DNA from: Macrostomum lignano
Taxonomy: Eukaryota
Reading direction: 5' to 3'
NCBI GenBank assembly: GCA_002269645.1
Contig: NIVC01000690.1
Coordinates: forward strand, 372,001-436,000
DNA length: 64,000 nucleotides
Below are positions 49,698 through 61,689 of the stretch, one piece after another. The notes under the pieces were generated by a model, which worked only from the letters and a program-made list of their open reading frames with translations, ran no database searches and was not told the origin of the DNA. The stretch's first letter is position 1; each line of letters begins with the position of its first letter. A program made the position numbers and the translations under genes.

Positions 49698-52042
49698 GAA
49701 TCTCCATTCATAGCCGCCTCTTGAGGATGCTAAACTTTAGCAGTAAAAGTTTTATCCTTTAGCTGAACTGCTACGCTCACGAAACCGCGAACTAGCAATC
49801 TGCAAAAAACCAAGCCTTTTGACCATATACATCGCTCAGAAACCTCTCATCCGACTGCTAAGCTCGTGAAGCAAAAAGTTAGCAGACTGGTAAAAATTAG
49901 AGTGCGACTGCTCTCAAGAAACCAAAAGCTTTTGAAATTGCTTCATGAAAGTGCTTCATGAAATTGGTCCCTGGAGTGGTGAGACGATGACTCCATGAAT
50001 TTCAACGAAGGCGGTGAAATTTTAATATATTTTATTCATGTTAACAATGCATTAACGAAATCCTTAAGCTTTGGTCAGTTCTAAGGTCAAAATATCATTT
50101 TTCTGGCGGCTTCAATTCGGCGCTGGAAAACATCCGCTTTCGAACAAATGAAATAATTTATAATTTTGTTATAATTTATCCAAAATTATAACAAATTTCC
50201 TTGAATTCTCGTCTGACTACGAGCGTATCGTTCACTTTCAGCATAAGCGACCATCCGCTGTCTGTGTAAGACTGCAGATTTAATCAAAGCATTATTACCT
50301 TTTACCTTTTAAACAATTACTCTTCTCTGATTTCATTTACCTGAAGAGCAGCCCTCTAAGGGTACTCAATGGTTTATAAGAATTTACGAATGAATGAGAT
50401 TTTAAATTTGTTCACCATTGTTCGTAGCTATCGGTCGTAATGCATGCACACTTTTCATTGATGTCGCACCCAGTTTTATATTGTACAGTACCCCCCGTAC
50501 CTAACACCATTATCTAAGTAGTTTTTATGACATTCTTTCATATCGAATAGAACTAAATAGTGCACCTCGAATTTCCTGTAAAATATCTATACGTCATGCA
50601 CCTTCTATTGTAGGATTCCACAATAAAATATAAAATTGGTTGCATTGGGTGTGGAGTTCATTAAATTTTCTGTTTGCATTCTCTCCTAAATTTCCCTGGT
50701 AAAAGAGTTAGCTAACACACTATTCATTTCTGATGTAACCTTAATTGGCTTTATTTCCAGTATTCGTCTTGTCGATAAAAGCGATAGAATACCATCCCGA
50801 TTAAGCTACTATTTTGTGCTACTTAACGTGAGTAGTAGCATGCGACGTTTTTTCGAACAAAATTTCGATCACAAATCAAATCACGTCATGAATTTTCGAA
50901 TCACAAAACGCGCTGCTGTTACAATATTTGCACAAAAATCTTTCTACAATATAGCTGAACTTATATAATCACTGCTAAAAGTCAAATCCGAATAAAAAAA
51001 AATTTATCCTTTCGACTGACAAAGCAAAATAAAAGTTCACAAGTTTGATTGGCTCAACTATCCAAACAGTTTATAATTTAAACAAAAATTGTGGAAAATC
51101 CGATGTACTTTGTTTTAATGCACTGAATGTTTTTTTCAGCTTTGCATCGCAGTACAGGTGAGACAGACAGCTGCATAGAGAGACAAAAATATTTTTTCTA
51201 TCGTCTATTCTCTATTTTTAATGAACATCGATCCCATTTTTTTCAAAAAGCTTCTTTAAATAAAAATAGAAACACTTTGACAGTGTTTATAAGCTTTTCA
51301 GTTCAGATTAAGCTTTGCTGCTTAAATCATGACATCGCATTTATTGGCTTCCGATGACTATAAAGTAAAAGTGTCATTTTTTGCTGAACAGGTTTTTAAA
51401 TTAATGAAAATAAGAGTAATAATGATCGTTAAAAATGTTTTTAAACCTTAAAAATGCACAAAAACGCAAAGAATTAAACTCTAAATGTATTTGTCTACAT
51501 GAATATTAATCGTATTAACTTGATTTTGTTATAACAATTTCTAAGATATCAGATCAGACAAAATTATTCGTTCGGTATTTTCGCTCATTGAAGTCTACGA
51601 AGTTGTGCAATTAATCTGCAATCAACCTCAGCAAATATTTTGGTCTTTTAAACTCTGGAATTATATAGGTTCTAAAATTATATTTTTGTGTAGCTCTCTC
51701 ACGTACTACGAGTATAAATTTTGACTGAATACTATTAGTAGTTCATATTGATTTTTTCTGGATAGCGCAAGTTATTGTAGTAAAAGTTTAAATTTCTGTG
51801 TTGTCTGTAAATTTAGCGAACCATTTTTAGTGAACAGTCGGATAGATGTATCTTGCTTTCAAAGTGTACCATAGCAACAATCACAGTTTATTAAATTTGC
51901 TTGCTTATTGCGCAATAGAAATTTCGCAGGTACATGTAAAATCAAATGCTTATCACGATGGCAGTGCCACGAAAGTCGTTATGCCACAGAAGTATTCAAA
52001 TATCTATAAAGTATATTTTACTTGAAATCTTTCCACTTTCAG

Positions 52043-52253
52043 ATTAATTGAAGTGCCAGATCTCAAAGCAAGCGGAGGCAGAGGTAGACACAGTGTGCTC
52101 ACCGAGGATCAAGAAGCTTATATCCTTATTCAGGCGCTCAGAGACTCAAATCTGCCTCGCTTCGTAGCCGAAGATGTGCCACTATTCGAAGCGATCATGT
52201 CGGATCTGTTTCCGAATTTTTCTGCACCGGATAAGCTGAGCGAACATCTTGAC
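52043..52253 (+). CDS. DNAH14: Dynein heavy chain exon 13
   Basis: ALRDSNLPRFVAEDVPLFEAIMSDLFP; phase 2/0. Confidence 0.95.
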
Positions 52254-52669
52254 GTAAGGCCTGTTGGATCGTTTGAATTCGATTTTTTTCTTTCGTGTTC
52301 TTTTCTGAGTTTCAATTTAAACAAACATTCCTTCTCTCAGTCTACTTACCACAGAATATACACAGAATGCTTCAATAATGCATTTCGAAAGAATTTCTTG
52401 CACATGAATTACATTCTTCACTAGCTACTCTCATTGTGAAGATAAGTAAATTAGGTTGTATCGCATTGTTTCTATAATAATTTTCTATATATAGGATTTT
52501 TTAAACATTTTAATAATTATAAGAATCTTACTCCTATCGTTATTAAAACTGATTAGGCAGAAGACCTTTCTTTTCTCTCCCCTCTATACCTTTAGTCTAC
52601 CTATTTCTCTACTCACCTGCTTCTTTTCTCTACTAATGTCTCTACGAATCTGTTCATTACATTTTTATC

Positions 52670-53375
52670 TTGATGTCAAGGCTTAGAGGGAAATTTCTGA
52701 GACGTCAAGGCTTCCTGATGGAATTGCTGAGATGTGAAGGCTTACGGGGGGAATGGCTGAGATGTGAAGGCTTACGGGGGGAATTGCTGAGATGTCAAGG
52801 CTTACTGGGGGAATTGCTGAGATGTCAAGACTTACTGGGGGAATTGCTGAGATGTCAAGGCTTACTGGGGGAATTGCTGAGATGTCAAGGCTTACTGAGG
52901 GAATTGCTGAGATTTCAAGGCTTACTGAGGGAATTGCTGAGATGTCAAGACTTACTGGGGGAATTGCTGAGATGTCAAGGCTTACTGGGGGAATTGCTGA
53001 GATGTCAAGGCTTACTGAGGGAATTGCTGAGATTTCAAGGCTTACTGGGGGAATTGCTGAGATGTCAAGGCTTACTGAGGGAATTGCTGAGATGTCAAGG
53101 CTTACTGGGGGAATTGCTGAGATGTCAAGGCTTACTGGGGGAATTGCTGAGATGTCAAGGCTTACTGAGGGAATTGCTGAGATGTCAAGGCTTACTGGGG
53201 GAATTGCTGAGATGTCAATGCTTACTTGGGGAATTGCTGAGATTTCAAGGCTTACTTAGGGAATTGCTGAGATTTCAAGGCTTACTTGGAGAATTGCTGA
53301 GATGTCAAGGCTTATTTGGAGAATTGCTAAGATGTCAAGGCTTACTGAGGGAATTGCTGAGATATCAAGGCTCAG
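52670..53375. repeat. 30-bp minisatellite (CTTACTGGGGGAATTGCTGAGATGTCAAGG), dynein intron 13
   Basis: Tandem units; reverse complement of the 23080-23755 family. Confidence 0.95.
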
Positions 53376-53464
53376 GTCAGAAGCTATTCTTTGTTGGCTC
53401 CCCATGAGAGGGCGCTGATTGCCAGTCCAATTGCTAATTTTCACGCTAAAAAACCTGTTGTCAG

Positions 53465-53725
53465 ATGGCCATCCGTCAGAGCTGCCACGAGCTGGGCCTG
53501 CAGGTCTGGGAGTCCCAGGTGGCCAAAGTGCACCAGCTGTACAAGCAGCTGCTAGTCCGTCACGGAGTCATGCTTGTTGGCCCAACTTGCGGCGGCAAAA
53601 CAGCTACACGGTTGATTCTGTTCAAAGCTCTGGGCCTGTTGCCAAGTGTGGTTTCTAGGGCTGAGGCTGCGGCCTCCGCCGCTGCTGCTGAAGCGGCTGG
53701 GAGAGCCAGCCAGACTCCGGTGCAG
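53465..53725 (+). CDS. DNAH14: Dynein heavy chain exon 14 (AAA2 P-loop)
   Basis: KVHQLY...RHGVMLVGPTCGGKT; phase 0/0. Confidence 0.95.
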
Positions 53726-53794
53726 GTAAGCTCTTCTGGGTGCGATGAACGTCTGGTAACTTGGTTTTGATTTGGGGCATTTGCGACTTGCGAT

Positions 53795-54085
53795 CTGGGA
53801 GCTATTGACTTCTAATTGGGGATCTGCTGACTTCTAATTGGGGATCTGCTGACTTCTAATTGGGGATCTGCTGACTTCTAATTGGGGATCTGCTGACTTC
53901 TAATTGGGGATCTGTTGACTTCTAATTGGGGATCTGCTGACTTTTAATTGGGGATCTGTTGACTTCTGAATGGGGATCTGTTGACTTCTAATTGGGGATC
54001 TGCTGACTTCTAATTTGGGGATCTGTTGACTTCTAATTGGGGATCTGCTGACTTTTAATTGAGGATCTGCTGACTTCTAATTTGA
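53795..54085. repeat. 22-bp minisatellite (GGGGATCTGCTGACTTCTAATT), dynein intron 14
   Basis: Tandem units starting about 70 bp after the donor. Confidence 0.92.
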
Positions 54086-54661
54086 CCTTCAAGTTTGAAT
54101 CCAATGGTTTCCAAAAGAAAATCAATATTTTTCTCCGATAAACCGCAAATCAACCAATGAACTCGACAGTCGGCAAGATCAAAGAGATTGTCGGCAAAGC
54201 AGAAGGAGCGCAAAAAGGAAGCAGAAGGAAACAGGACCGAAGAAACGGTATCCGAGATTTTTGCCTAGATTGAGTCCTTGTATTTTGTTTCATTCGGAAT
54301 TCATTTTTATTCAGCTTACTTTATTTAGATGATTAGTTAGTTTAATACAAAAAAATTATCCACTCGCGGTAACTTCATGCCTTTTATTTACCCCCCCCCC
54401 CCCCACAATTTATTTGAAATCCAGTAGCTAAATAAGGAAATGGAATGCTTTCCTTAGACTTGAGTTGCTTTTTTGCTTTTTGTGCTTGAAAAACGCTGAA
54501 ACCGCCTATACTTTACTGTTAGTAGTTGCAGTGCAGACTGCGAGTCATTCTTTACTACTTACGTCTCAGTAGGATTTATAGATTAACTAATTTAGTTTCG
54601 TAATGTGTGTAGCAAAGGGATGTAAATGATTAGAATTTTTCGCTGAACAAAACCCCCGCAG

Positions 54662-54835
54662 AAGCCGCGCAAAGCTCACGTTGAGCACGTGATTCTGAAT
54701 CCGAAGTGCGTACAACTTGGCGAACTGTTTGGCTGCACAGATCCAAACACGTTTGAATGGACAGACGGTCTGGTTGCTAATATTGTTAGAAAGTTTACAA
54801 AAGCAGAAAATCAGCAACAACAGCAGCAACAGCAA

Positions 54836-54870
<35 letters not shown>

Positions 54871-54892
54871 ACAGTCACCTGAAACACCAAAA
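54662..54892 (+). CDS. DNAH14: Dynein heavy chain exon 15 (AAA2, with poly-Gln tract)
   Basis: LNPKCVQLGELFG...EWTDGL; CAA/CAG run; phase 0/0. Confidence 0.94.
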
Positions 54893-54951
54893 GTAAGAAT
54901 AATAACCTCACATATATCTGTTTGGCTTACAAAGTGCCGCATTTAGTAATG

Positions 54952-55232
54952 CAATAATAGTACATTAATACCCATGCTTTAAGGGCGTTAATGGATAAAT
55001 AATCAGCGGTCCCAGACAATCGTTGCCACGCACTGGGACCGCTGATTATTTGCATTGTTTTTCTGTTTGACGATCCTACAGACAATGCATTGTTTGTAGT
55101 AATGGATTGTTCTGCACTAAAAATGTAAATAATGATCGTCAAATTGCTAAACAATGGGAAAATCAGAGGGCGCCGTTAGGCGCCCGAGGATTTCTCATTA
55201 ACGCCCGCAAAGCATGGGTATTACTATTATTG
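54952..55232. mobile_element. MITE containing a 19-bp perfect hairpin
   Basis: TIRs CAATAATAGTA..AATACCCATGCTTT..GGGCGTTAATG and its reverse complement. Confidence 0.75.
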
Positions 55233-55408
55233 TGCCTTAGACATTTGTGTCCTTGACAAAGTGGGACAAAATTAGCGGGCAGTTAATGATATAAACTGCC
55301 CGCTAATTTGCATTAGAGTAAGTGTGACTCCTGCAAGCGGGCTTAAATGTAGTGTATGGCATTAAAAGGCAAGAATAAGTGCCCAGCGGGCACAAATGTC
55401 ATGGTACA
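55231..55408. mobile_element. Small MITE-like element with a 16-bp hairpin
   Basis: Imperfect TIR GACATTTGTG.CC / GGGCACAAATGTC; stem 55269-55284 / 55294-55309. Confidence 0.5.
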
Positions 55409-55729
55409 GTAATATTTATGTTCGCATCACCTTTCGCGTCAGATAGCACAACTGTTACAGACTGATATGGACCATTTTCGTGCCATGGGTTTTGTTGAAA
55501 CGCACAAAAATCTTTTTTTGTTTTTTTAAGACAAACGCAGATACTTGTAGGAGCCTTCGGCGAAGTCGTTCCATAGCCAGTGTTGTGACAATTTTGTTCA
55601 TTCCGCTGACTTCAGAGCATGCACACACAAGCGCGCCAATAATGTACACAGGCACAGCACTGATACACACCGGCTCACACAGGGTGTACATCGTACGATT
55701 CAACCCTTGAAAAAAACTCCCTACGCCAG

Positions 55730-55913
55730 ATTCCACGCGAAGGCTCGGCAGTGTCTTCAGAGAACGCCGGCTCGGCGACACCTGTTGAAGGCGAGGACGA
55801 CGATGCCAGCGTAGGCGACGTCGAGGGCAGAAAGCAGTCGGCAGAGTCGAAGAAGGATGAAGCAAGCGGTGGCCAGTCTAGCGGTCAGCCTGAGAAGATT
55901 CTGCCCTATCAAG
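55730..55913 (+). CDS. DNAH14: Dynein heavy chain exon 16 (acidic low-complexity insertion)
   Basis: CCAG acceptor; CAAG|GTAATG donor; supplies the phase 0 to 1 change needed between exons 15 and 17. Confidence 0.8.
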
Positions 55914-56653
55914 GTAATGTTGATTTATAATTCTATATGTAATCAACTTCAAAAATTGTTCAAGTATCGTAACAGCTAACACTTTTCTTTTGTATTCAAC
56001 GAGTAAACTTTTGTTGTCAACTTTCAGTTGCAGAAAAGATAGTGAGAGGTCGGTGCCGAAATCTACGCTCGTACATGTACCTCATTTATTTTTACTGCTG
56101 TTTTTGTGTTGAAATATTTTTTTACTCACGCATAAATGATGACGCTTCTCGGTGTATTTCTGTGTGCAATTTTAAAATCGATGCTTGATAAGACATGCTT
56201 ATGGACCACTAGAAGTTTCCATTTTATCAGGATGTAACAATTTGCGTACTATGGACAAATAGAAAGTTTTCAAAACTCTAGCAATAAAAATACAGTCAGT
56301 AGCATCAACTTCAGGGCTTCAAATATCCAAATAAGGCTGGTATGCCCTTGGTTGGAGGTTAGCTCATAGGATAGCACAAAACACAATAGATTAGAATGTC
56401 ACGGTAATTTTCAGTGGTCTTTGGAAATGCTTTACGCAACTACTTTTAGACACTCGTACAATATAGCTTGTACCGTGACTTTCTGTGAAGACAATGATTA
56501 TTGATACAATTATGATTGATGTTTGTATTAAAATTAATTTCAATAACTTTGCCGTGTTTTTCAGTAAACAGAATGCTGTATTTGCATCGGTCAGATTTTT
56601 ACGGCATTATTTCACAAGCTATGATGACAGAAAAACAAACGCAAAAACTTCAG

Positions 56654-57233
56654 ATTGGCGCTGGCTCGTGCTGGACGGTCCAGTCGACACACTCTGGGTG
56701 GAGAATCTCAACACGGTGCTGGACGACTCCAAGGTGCTCTGTTTGGCCTCGGGCGAGCGTGTCGCCCTAACGCAATCAGTTCGACTGCTATTCGAAGTGG
56801 ACTCGCTAGCCCAGGCGTCCCCGGCAACCATCAGCCGATGCGCCATGGTCTACATGGATCCGGTGCAGCTGGGCTGGCGACCCTTCGCGAGAACTTGGGC
56901 CGCCCGTCTGCCAAAAGATCTGCCCGAGAGCGGTCGCAAGCACCTTCTGGACCTGATGGAGCGCAGTGTCAGTCGCGGTCTGACTTTCCTGCGCGAGAAA
57001 CCGCAGCACCAGCTGATCAGATCACCGGAGCTGGGCCCGGTGCAGACCCTGTGCCACCTGATGTCAGCCATGCTCAACTTTATGACCGATCACGGCGGTT
57101 TCGGCGCTCCAGACGCCGTAGCGACTGCAACGGCGGGTGCCGGCGCTGCGCCTGCTGCCGATGTCGGAGGTCGCGGAGGCGGAGATGCCGGCAGTCGAGC
57201 TGGCGAAGTGACGACAGCAGGTGGACAAGCTGA
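56654..57233 (+). CDS. DNAH14: Dynein heavy chain exon 17 (AAA2)
   Basis: WRWLVLDGPVDTLWVENLNTVLDDSKVLCL...SPATISRCAMVY; phase 1/2. Confidence 0.96.
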
Positions 57234-57704
57234 GTAAGAATTTCATATTTACTAAAAATAAACAGCTAGAATTATTTTTCAAATTTTTCGACCAGCTGGT
57301 ATTTGGACAAACAAGTCAACATGCTTTTGCAGCCAACTTCAAGTCAAGAAGCGCCGTGTAGTTGTAGCGCCAAAGCCAAAAATGCGGCAGTTGTAAGAGT
57401 TCGCAGAGGACTTTTAATCTAGTTTTACTTTTACTGAGTTTCAGTTGTTTCTTCTTCTTTTCTGTGATTTTCTTGTAATTTAAAAAATAGCTACTCCACT
57501 TTGCTACAAGCAGAAAAACACATCTACTGGTTTATTATTGTTTAACTTCGTTTTTCGTTTTTACCTCTTGTACGCTATAGTCTTTGCTTTACACTGAATA
57601 TCGAATGACACTGGCTGCTTTCAAGTGCATTGCTTTGCTTGTTAACGAACTCTCTAAAAACTAGTTGGATTTGTAAAAAAAATGTAACATTCTAAAACCC
57701 TCAG

Positions 57705-58420
57705 AGCAAAGCAGTTCTACATGGAGAAGAACCCTAAAGAGCTCAAAAACCTTCTCGGCAAGTTATTCGTATTCGCCTTCACCTGGGCCTTTGGCGGGAA
57801 TCTGAACCGTCAGGAAGAGATGGACATCGACATCAGCAATTTGAAAGGTGCCGGTGGCGGCGGCGCTGGTGGCGGCGGCAGCAAACGGCCGATGGAGGAC
57901 GTGGCGGACGAATTCGACAACCTGGTGCACGAGTTGTTCGACACTGAGCCTCCACTTGGCGTGCGCCTGCCATCGGCCAGTCGCAACATCTTCGGCTATT
58001 TTGTCGATTTAGAATCTGGCAACTTTTTGCCCTGGGAGAGCCTTGTGCCGAGCTCCAGCAGCTTAGTTGAACGCGCCACCTCGGTTCTTGGTGGCAGCGG
58101 AGGTGTCGGGAGTTCCGGCGGCGCGGTATCGAGGAGGTCAACCCAGCCGGAGTTGGTGGCCACGGTTGACACGATCCGGTACTCCTTCCTGACTGCTCTG
58201 CTTCTGGTCAGTCGCAGTCCAGTGCTACTCGTTGGCGAGTCTGGTGTTGGTAAAACGGCCCTTTTAAGGTCACTATTGAAAAAGTTGGCCGAACCGAACG
58301 GCGCCTCTACGCAGGGCAAATCTGTTCTCGGACAGGTGTTAAGCTACTCAGAGAAATCTGCAGGACTGCTGGAGAGTCTGCGAGCTCTGACGAACGATGG
58401 CGATGACGATGGGTCAGATG
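57705..58420 (+). CDS. DNAH14: Dynein heavy chain exon 18 (AAA3 P-loop)
   Basis: FAFTWAFGGNL...VATVDTIRY...LLVGESGVGKT; phase 2/1. Confidence 0.95.
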
Positions 58421-58464
58421 GTAAGTAGTGAGACAATGTATTCCAATCCAATATACTAAAAATG

Positions 58465-58660
58465 GTCTGTCGGTATGTGTGTGTGTGTATGTGTGTGTGT
58501 GTGATCGATTAGCAAAAACGGCTCAACCGATTTTCTTCGAACTTGCACTGTTCGATCAGAAATTTTCCCGTGACAGTACATGCATCGTGGCTAAGAAATT
58601 GCTTGATGCTAAAGGGATTAAATATTCGAAAAACATGCTTTTTTGCAAAGGTCAAGCAGC
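58465..58660 (+). mobile_element. DINE-1/Helentron-associated-like short element
   Basis: (GT)n microsatellite followed by AAAACGGCTCAACCGATTTT, a motif arrangement recalled from DINE-1-like elements. Confidence 0.4.
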
Positions 58661-58999
58661 TCTTTCGACTTGAAATGCATCGTAAGAATGCTAGCAGAAA
58701 AACTGACTGGTTGAATTCTGATTCTGAAATAGATTGCATCACAATACACTTTATTTATCGTCTGTGTACTGGCTGAATTTGACACTCAATTGAATTGCGT
58801 CACAGCTTTGAGTGTGAAAGCATAGCGCAGTACTGAATTTATATTACGTAACCATATTGTAAACTTTCATAGACACTGGTACTGACTTGCCTAAGAAATT
58901 GATTATGTCATAACTGCTTCGTGTGACTTTTTACTCTACCTGACTTGGTGTGAGTGTTGAATTATATAAGTGGTACAACATCACTGATAACTTCGATGA

Positions 59000-59063
59000 G
59001 AGCTAGCCTAGAGCTTAACAGACCAGACTGCTAATGCAGCGACCTAGGTTCGAATCTAAGTAG
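59000..59063 (+). mobile_element. Isolated tRNA-like SINE head
   Basis: A-box-like TAGCCTAGAGC and B box GGTTCGAATC; no acceptor stem. Confidence 0.4.
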
Positions 59064-59134
59064 TTTAAAAGTAGTAGTGTAAAATTTTTTATTAAAAGGT
59101 TTTATTAAAGGACTAAATAAAAACACTTAGATTA

Positions 59135-61545
59135 CTGCACTCGATAAGCCAAGGATTATTGCTATTAATAAACCAAGGATTACTGCACTTGGAAAACCAA
59201 GGATTACTGCACTCGATAAACCAAGGACTATTGCTCTTGGCAAACCAAGGATTACTGCACTCAGGAAGCCAAGGATTATTGCACTTGGAAAACCAAGGAT
59301 TACTGCACTCGATAAACCAAGGACTATTGCTCTTGGCAAACCAAGGATTACTGCACTCAAGAAGCCAAGGATTATTGCTATTAATAAACCAAGGATTATT
59401 GCACTTGGAAAACCAAGGATTACTGCACTCGATAAACCAAGGACTATTGCTCTTGGCAAACCAAGGATTACTGCACTCAAGAAGCCAAGGATTATTGCAC
59501 TTGGAAAACCAAGGATTACTGCACTCGATAAACCAAGGACTATTGCACTTGATAAACCAAGGAATATTGCACTTGATAGGCCAAGGATTACAGCACTTGA
59601 TAAACCAAGGATTATTGCACTTGATAGGCCAAAGATTACTGCGCTTGATAAACCAAGGATTATTGCACTTGATAAACCAAGGATTATTGCACTTGATAAG
59701 CCAAGGATTACTGCGCTTGATAAACCAAGGATTATTGCACTTGATAAACAAAGGATTATTGCACTTGATAAACAAAGGATTATTGCACTTGATAAACAAA
59801 GGATTATTGCACTTGATAAACCAAGGATTATTGCACTTGATAAGCCAAGGATTATTGCACTTGATAAGCCATGGATTATTGCACTTGATAGTAAAGAATG
59901 TTGCACTTGATAAGCCAAGTATTAATGCACTGAATTATTCAAGGATTATTGATATTAATAAACCAAGGACTACTCCACTCGATAAACCAAGGATTATTGC
60001 TCTTAATAAACCAAGGATTACTGCACTTGGAAAACTAAGGATTACTGCACTCGATAAACCAAAGACTATTGCACTTGATAAACCAAGGATTATTGCACTT
60101 GATAGGCCAAGGATTACTGCACTTGATAAACCAAGGATTATTGCACTTGATAGGCCAAAAATTACTGCGCTTGATAAACCAAGGATTATTGCACTTGATA
60201 AACCAAGGATTATTGCACTTGATAAGCCAAGGATTATTGCACTTGATAAACCAATGATTATTGCAGTTGATAAGCCAAGGATTATTGCATCTGATAAACC
60301 AAAGATTATTGCACTTGATAAACCAAGGATTATTGCACTTGATAAACAAAGGATTATTGCACTTGATAGGCCAAAGATTACTGCGCTTGATAAACCAAAG
60401 ATTATTGCACTTGATAAACCAAGGATTATTGCACTTGATAAGCCAAGGATTATTGCACTTGATAAACCAAGGATTATTGCAGTTGATAAGCCAAGGATTA
60501 TTGCATCTGATAAACCAAGGATTATTGCACTTGATAAACCAAGGATTATTGCACTTGATAAACCAAGGATTATTGCACTTGATAAACCAAGGATTATTGC
60601 ACTTGATAAACCAAGGATTATTGCTCTTGGCAAACCAAGGATTACTGCACTCGATAAGCCAAGGATTATTGCTCTTAATAAACCAAGGATTACTGCACTT
60701 GGAAAACTAAGGATTACTGCACTCGATAAACTAAGGATTATTGCTCTTGGCAAACCAAGGATTATTGCACTTGATAGGCCAAGGATTACTGCACTTGATA
60801 AACCAAGGATTATTGCACTTGATAAACCAAGGATTATTGCACTTGATAAGCCAAGGATTATTGCACTTGATAGGCCAAGGATTACTGCGCTTGATAAACC
60901 AAGGATTATTGCACTTGATAAACCAAGGATTATTGCAGTTGATAAGCCAAGGATTATTGCACTTGATAAACCAAGGATTATTACACTTGATAAACCAAGG
61001 ATTATTGCACTTGATAAACCAAGGATTATTGCACTTGATAGGCCAAGGATTACTGCACTTGATAAACCAAGGATTATTGCACTTGATAGGCCAAAGATTA
61101 CTGCGCTTGATAAACCAAGGATTATTGCAGTTGATAAGCCAAGGATTATTGCACTTGATAAACCAAGGATTATTTCACTTGATAAACCAAGGATTATTGC
61201 ACTTGATAAACAAATATTGCACTTGATAAACCAAGGATTATTGCACCTGATAAGCCAAGGATTACTGCGCTAGATAAACCAAGGATTATTGCACTTAATA
61301 AACCAAGGATTATTGCACTTAATAAACCAAGGATTATTGCACTTGATAAACCAAGGATTATTGCACTTGATAAACAAAGGATTATTGCACTTGATAAACC
61401 AAGGATTATTGCACTTTATAAGCCAAAGATTACTGCACTTGATAAACCAAGGATTATTGCACTTGATAAACCAAGGATTATTGCACTTGATTAATCAAGG
61501 ATTATTGCTATTAATAAACCAAGCATTATTGCACTAGCTGAGAAG
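59135..61545. repeat. 2.4-kb 24-bp satellite (AACCAAGGATTATTGCACTTGATA), dynein intron 18
   Basis: About 100 units; long ORFs are 8-aa repeat artefacts. Confidence 0.97.
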
Positions 61546-61689
61546 CTGATTACTGCGCTGTCTAAAAAAGAGATTATTGCGCTCGCTGAGACGTGGATTG
61601 TTGCACAACCTGAGAAAGCGATTATTGCATTAGCGGAAGTAACATTTGCACTAGCTACTTGCTGTCTCGTGGATGCTTGCTCTCGAGGG

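Noticed and set aside
50310-50370. Hammerhead ribozyme at CTGAAGAG
   Set aside because: No GAAA core or matching stems found by eye.
52670-53407. LRR-looking ORF (LLGELLRCQG repeats)
   Set aside because: 10-aa periodicity simply reflects the 30-bp unit; same array occurs non-coding at 23080.
56485-56653. 5' part of the 250-aa ORF as coding
   Set aside because: AT-rich, non-conserved; acceptor at 56653 matches the required phase.
59159-61273. 704-aa ORF and overlapping long ORFs as a repeat protein
   Set aside because: Translation of a 24-bp satellite that is open in several frames on both strands; lies inside a phase-consistent dynein intron.
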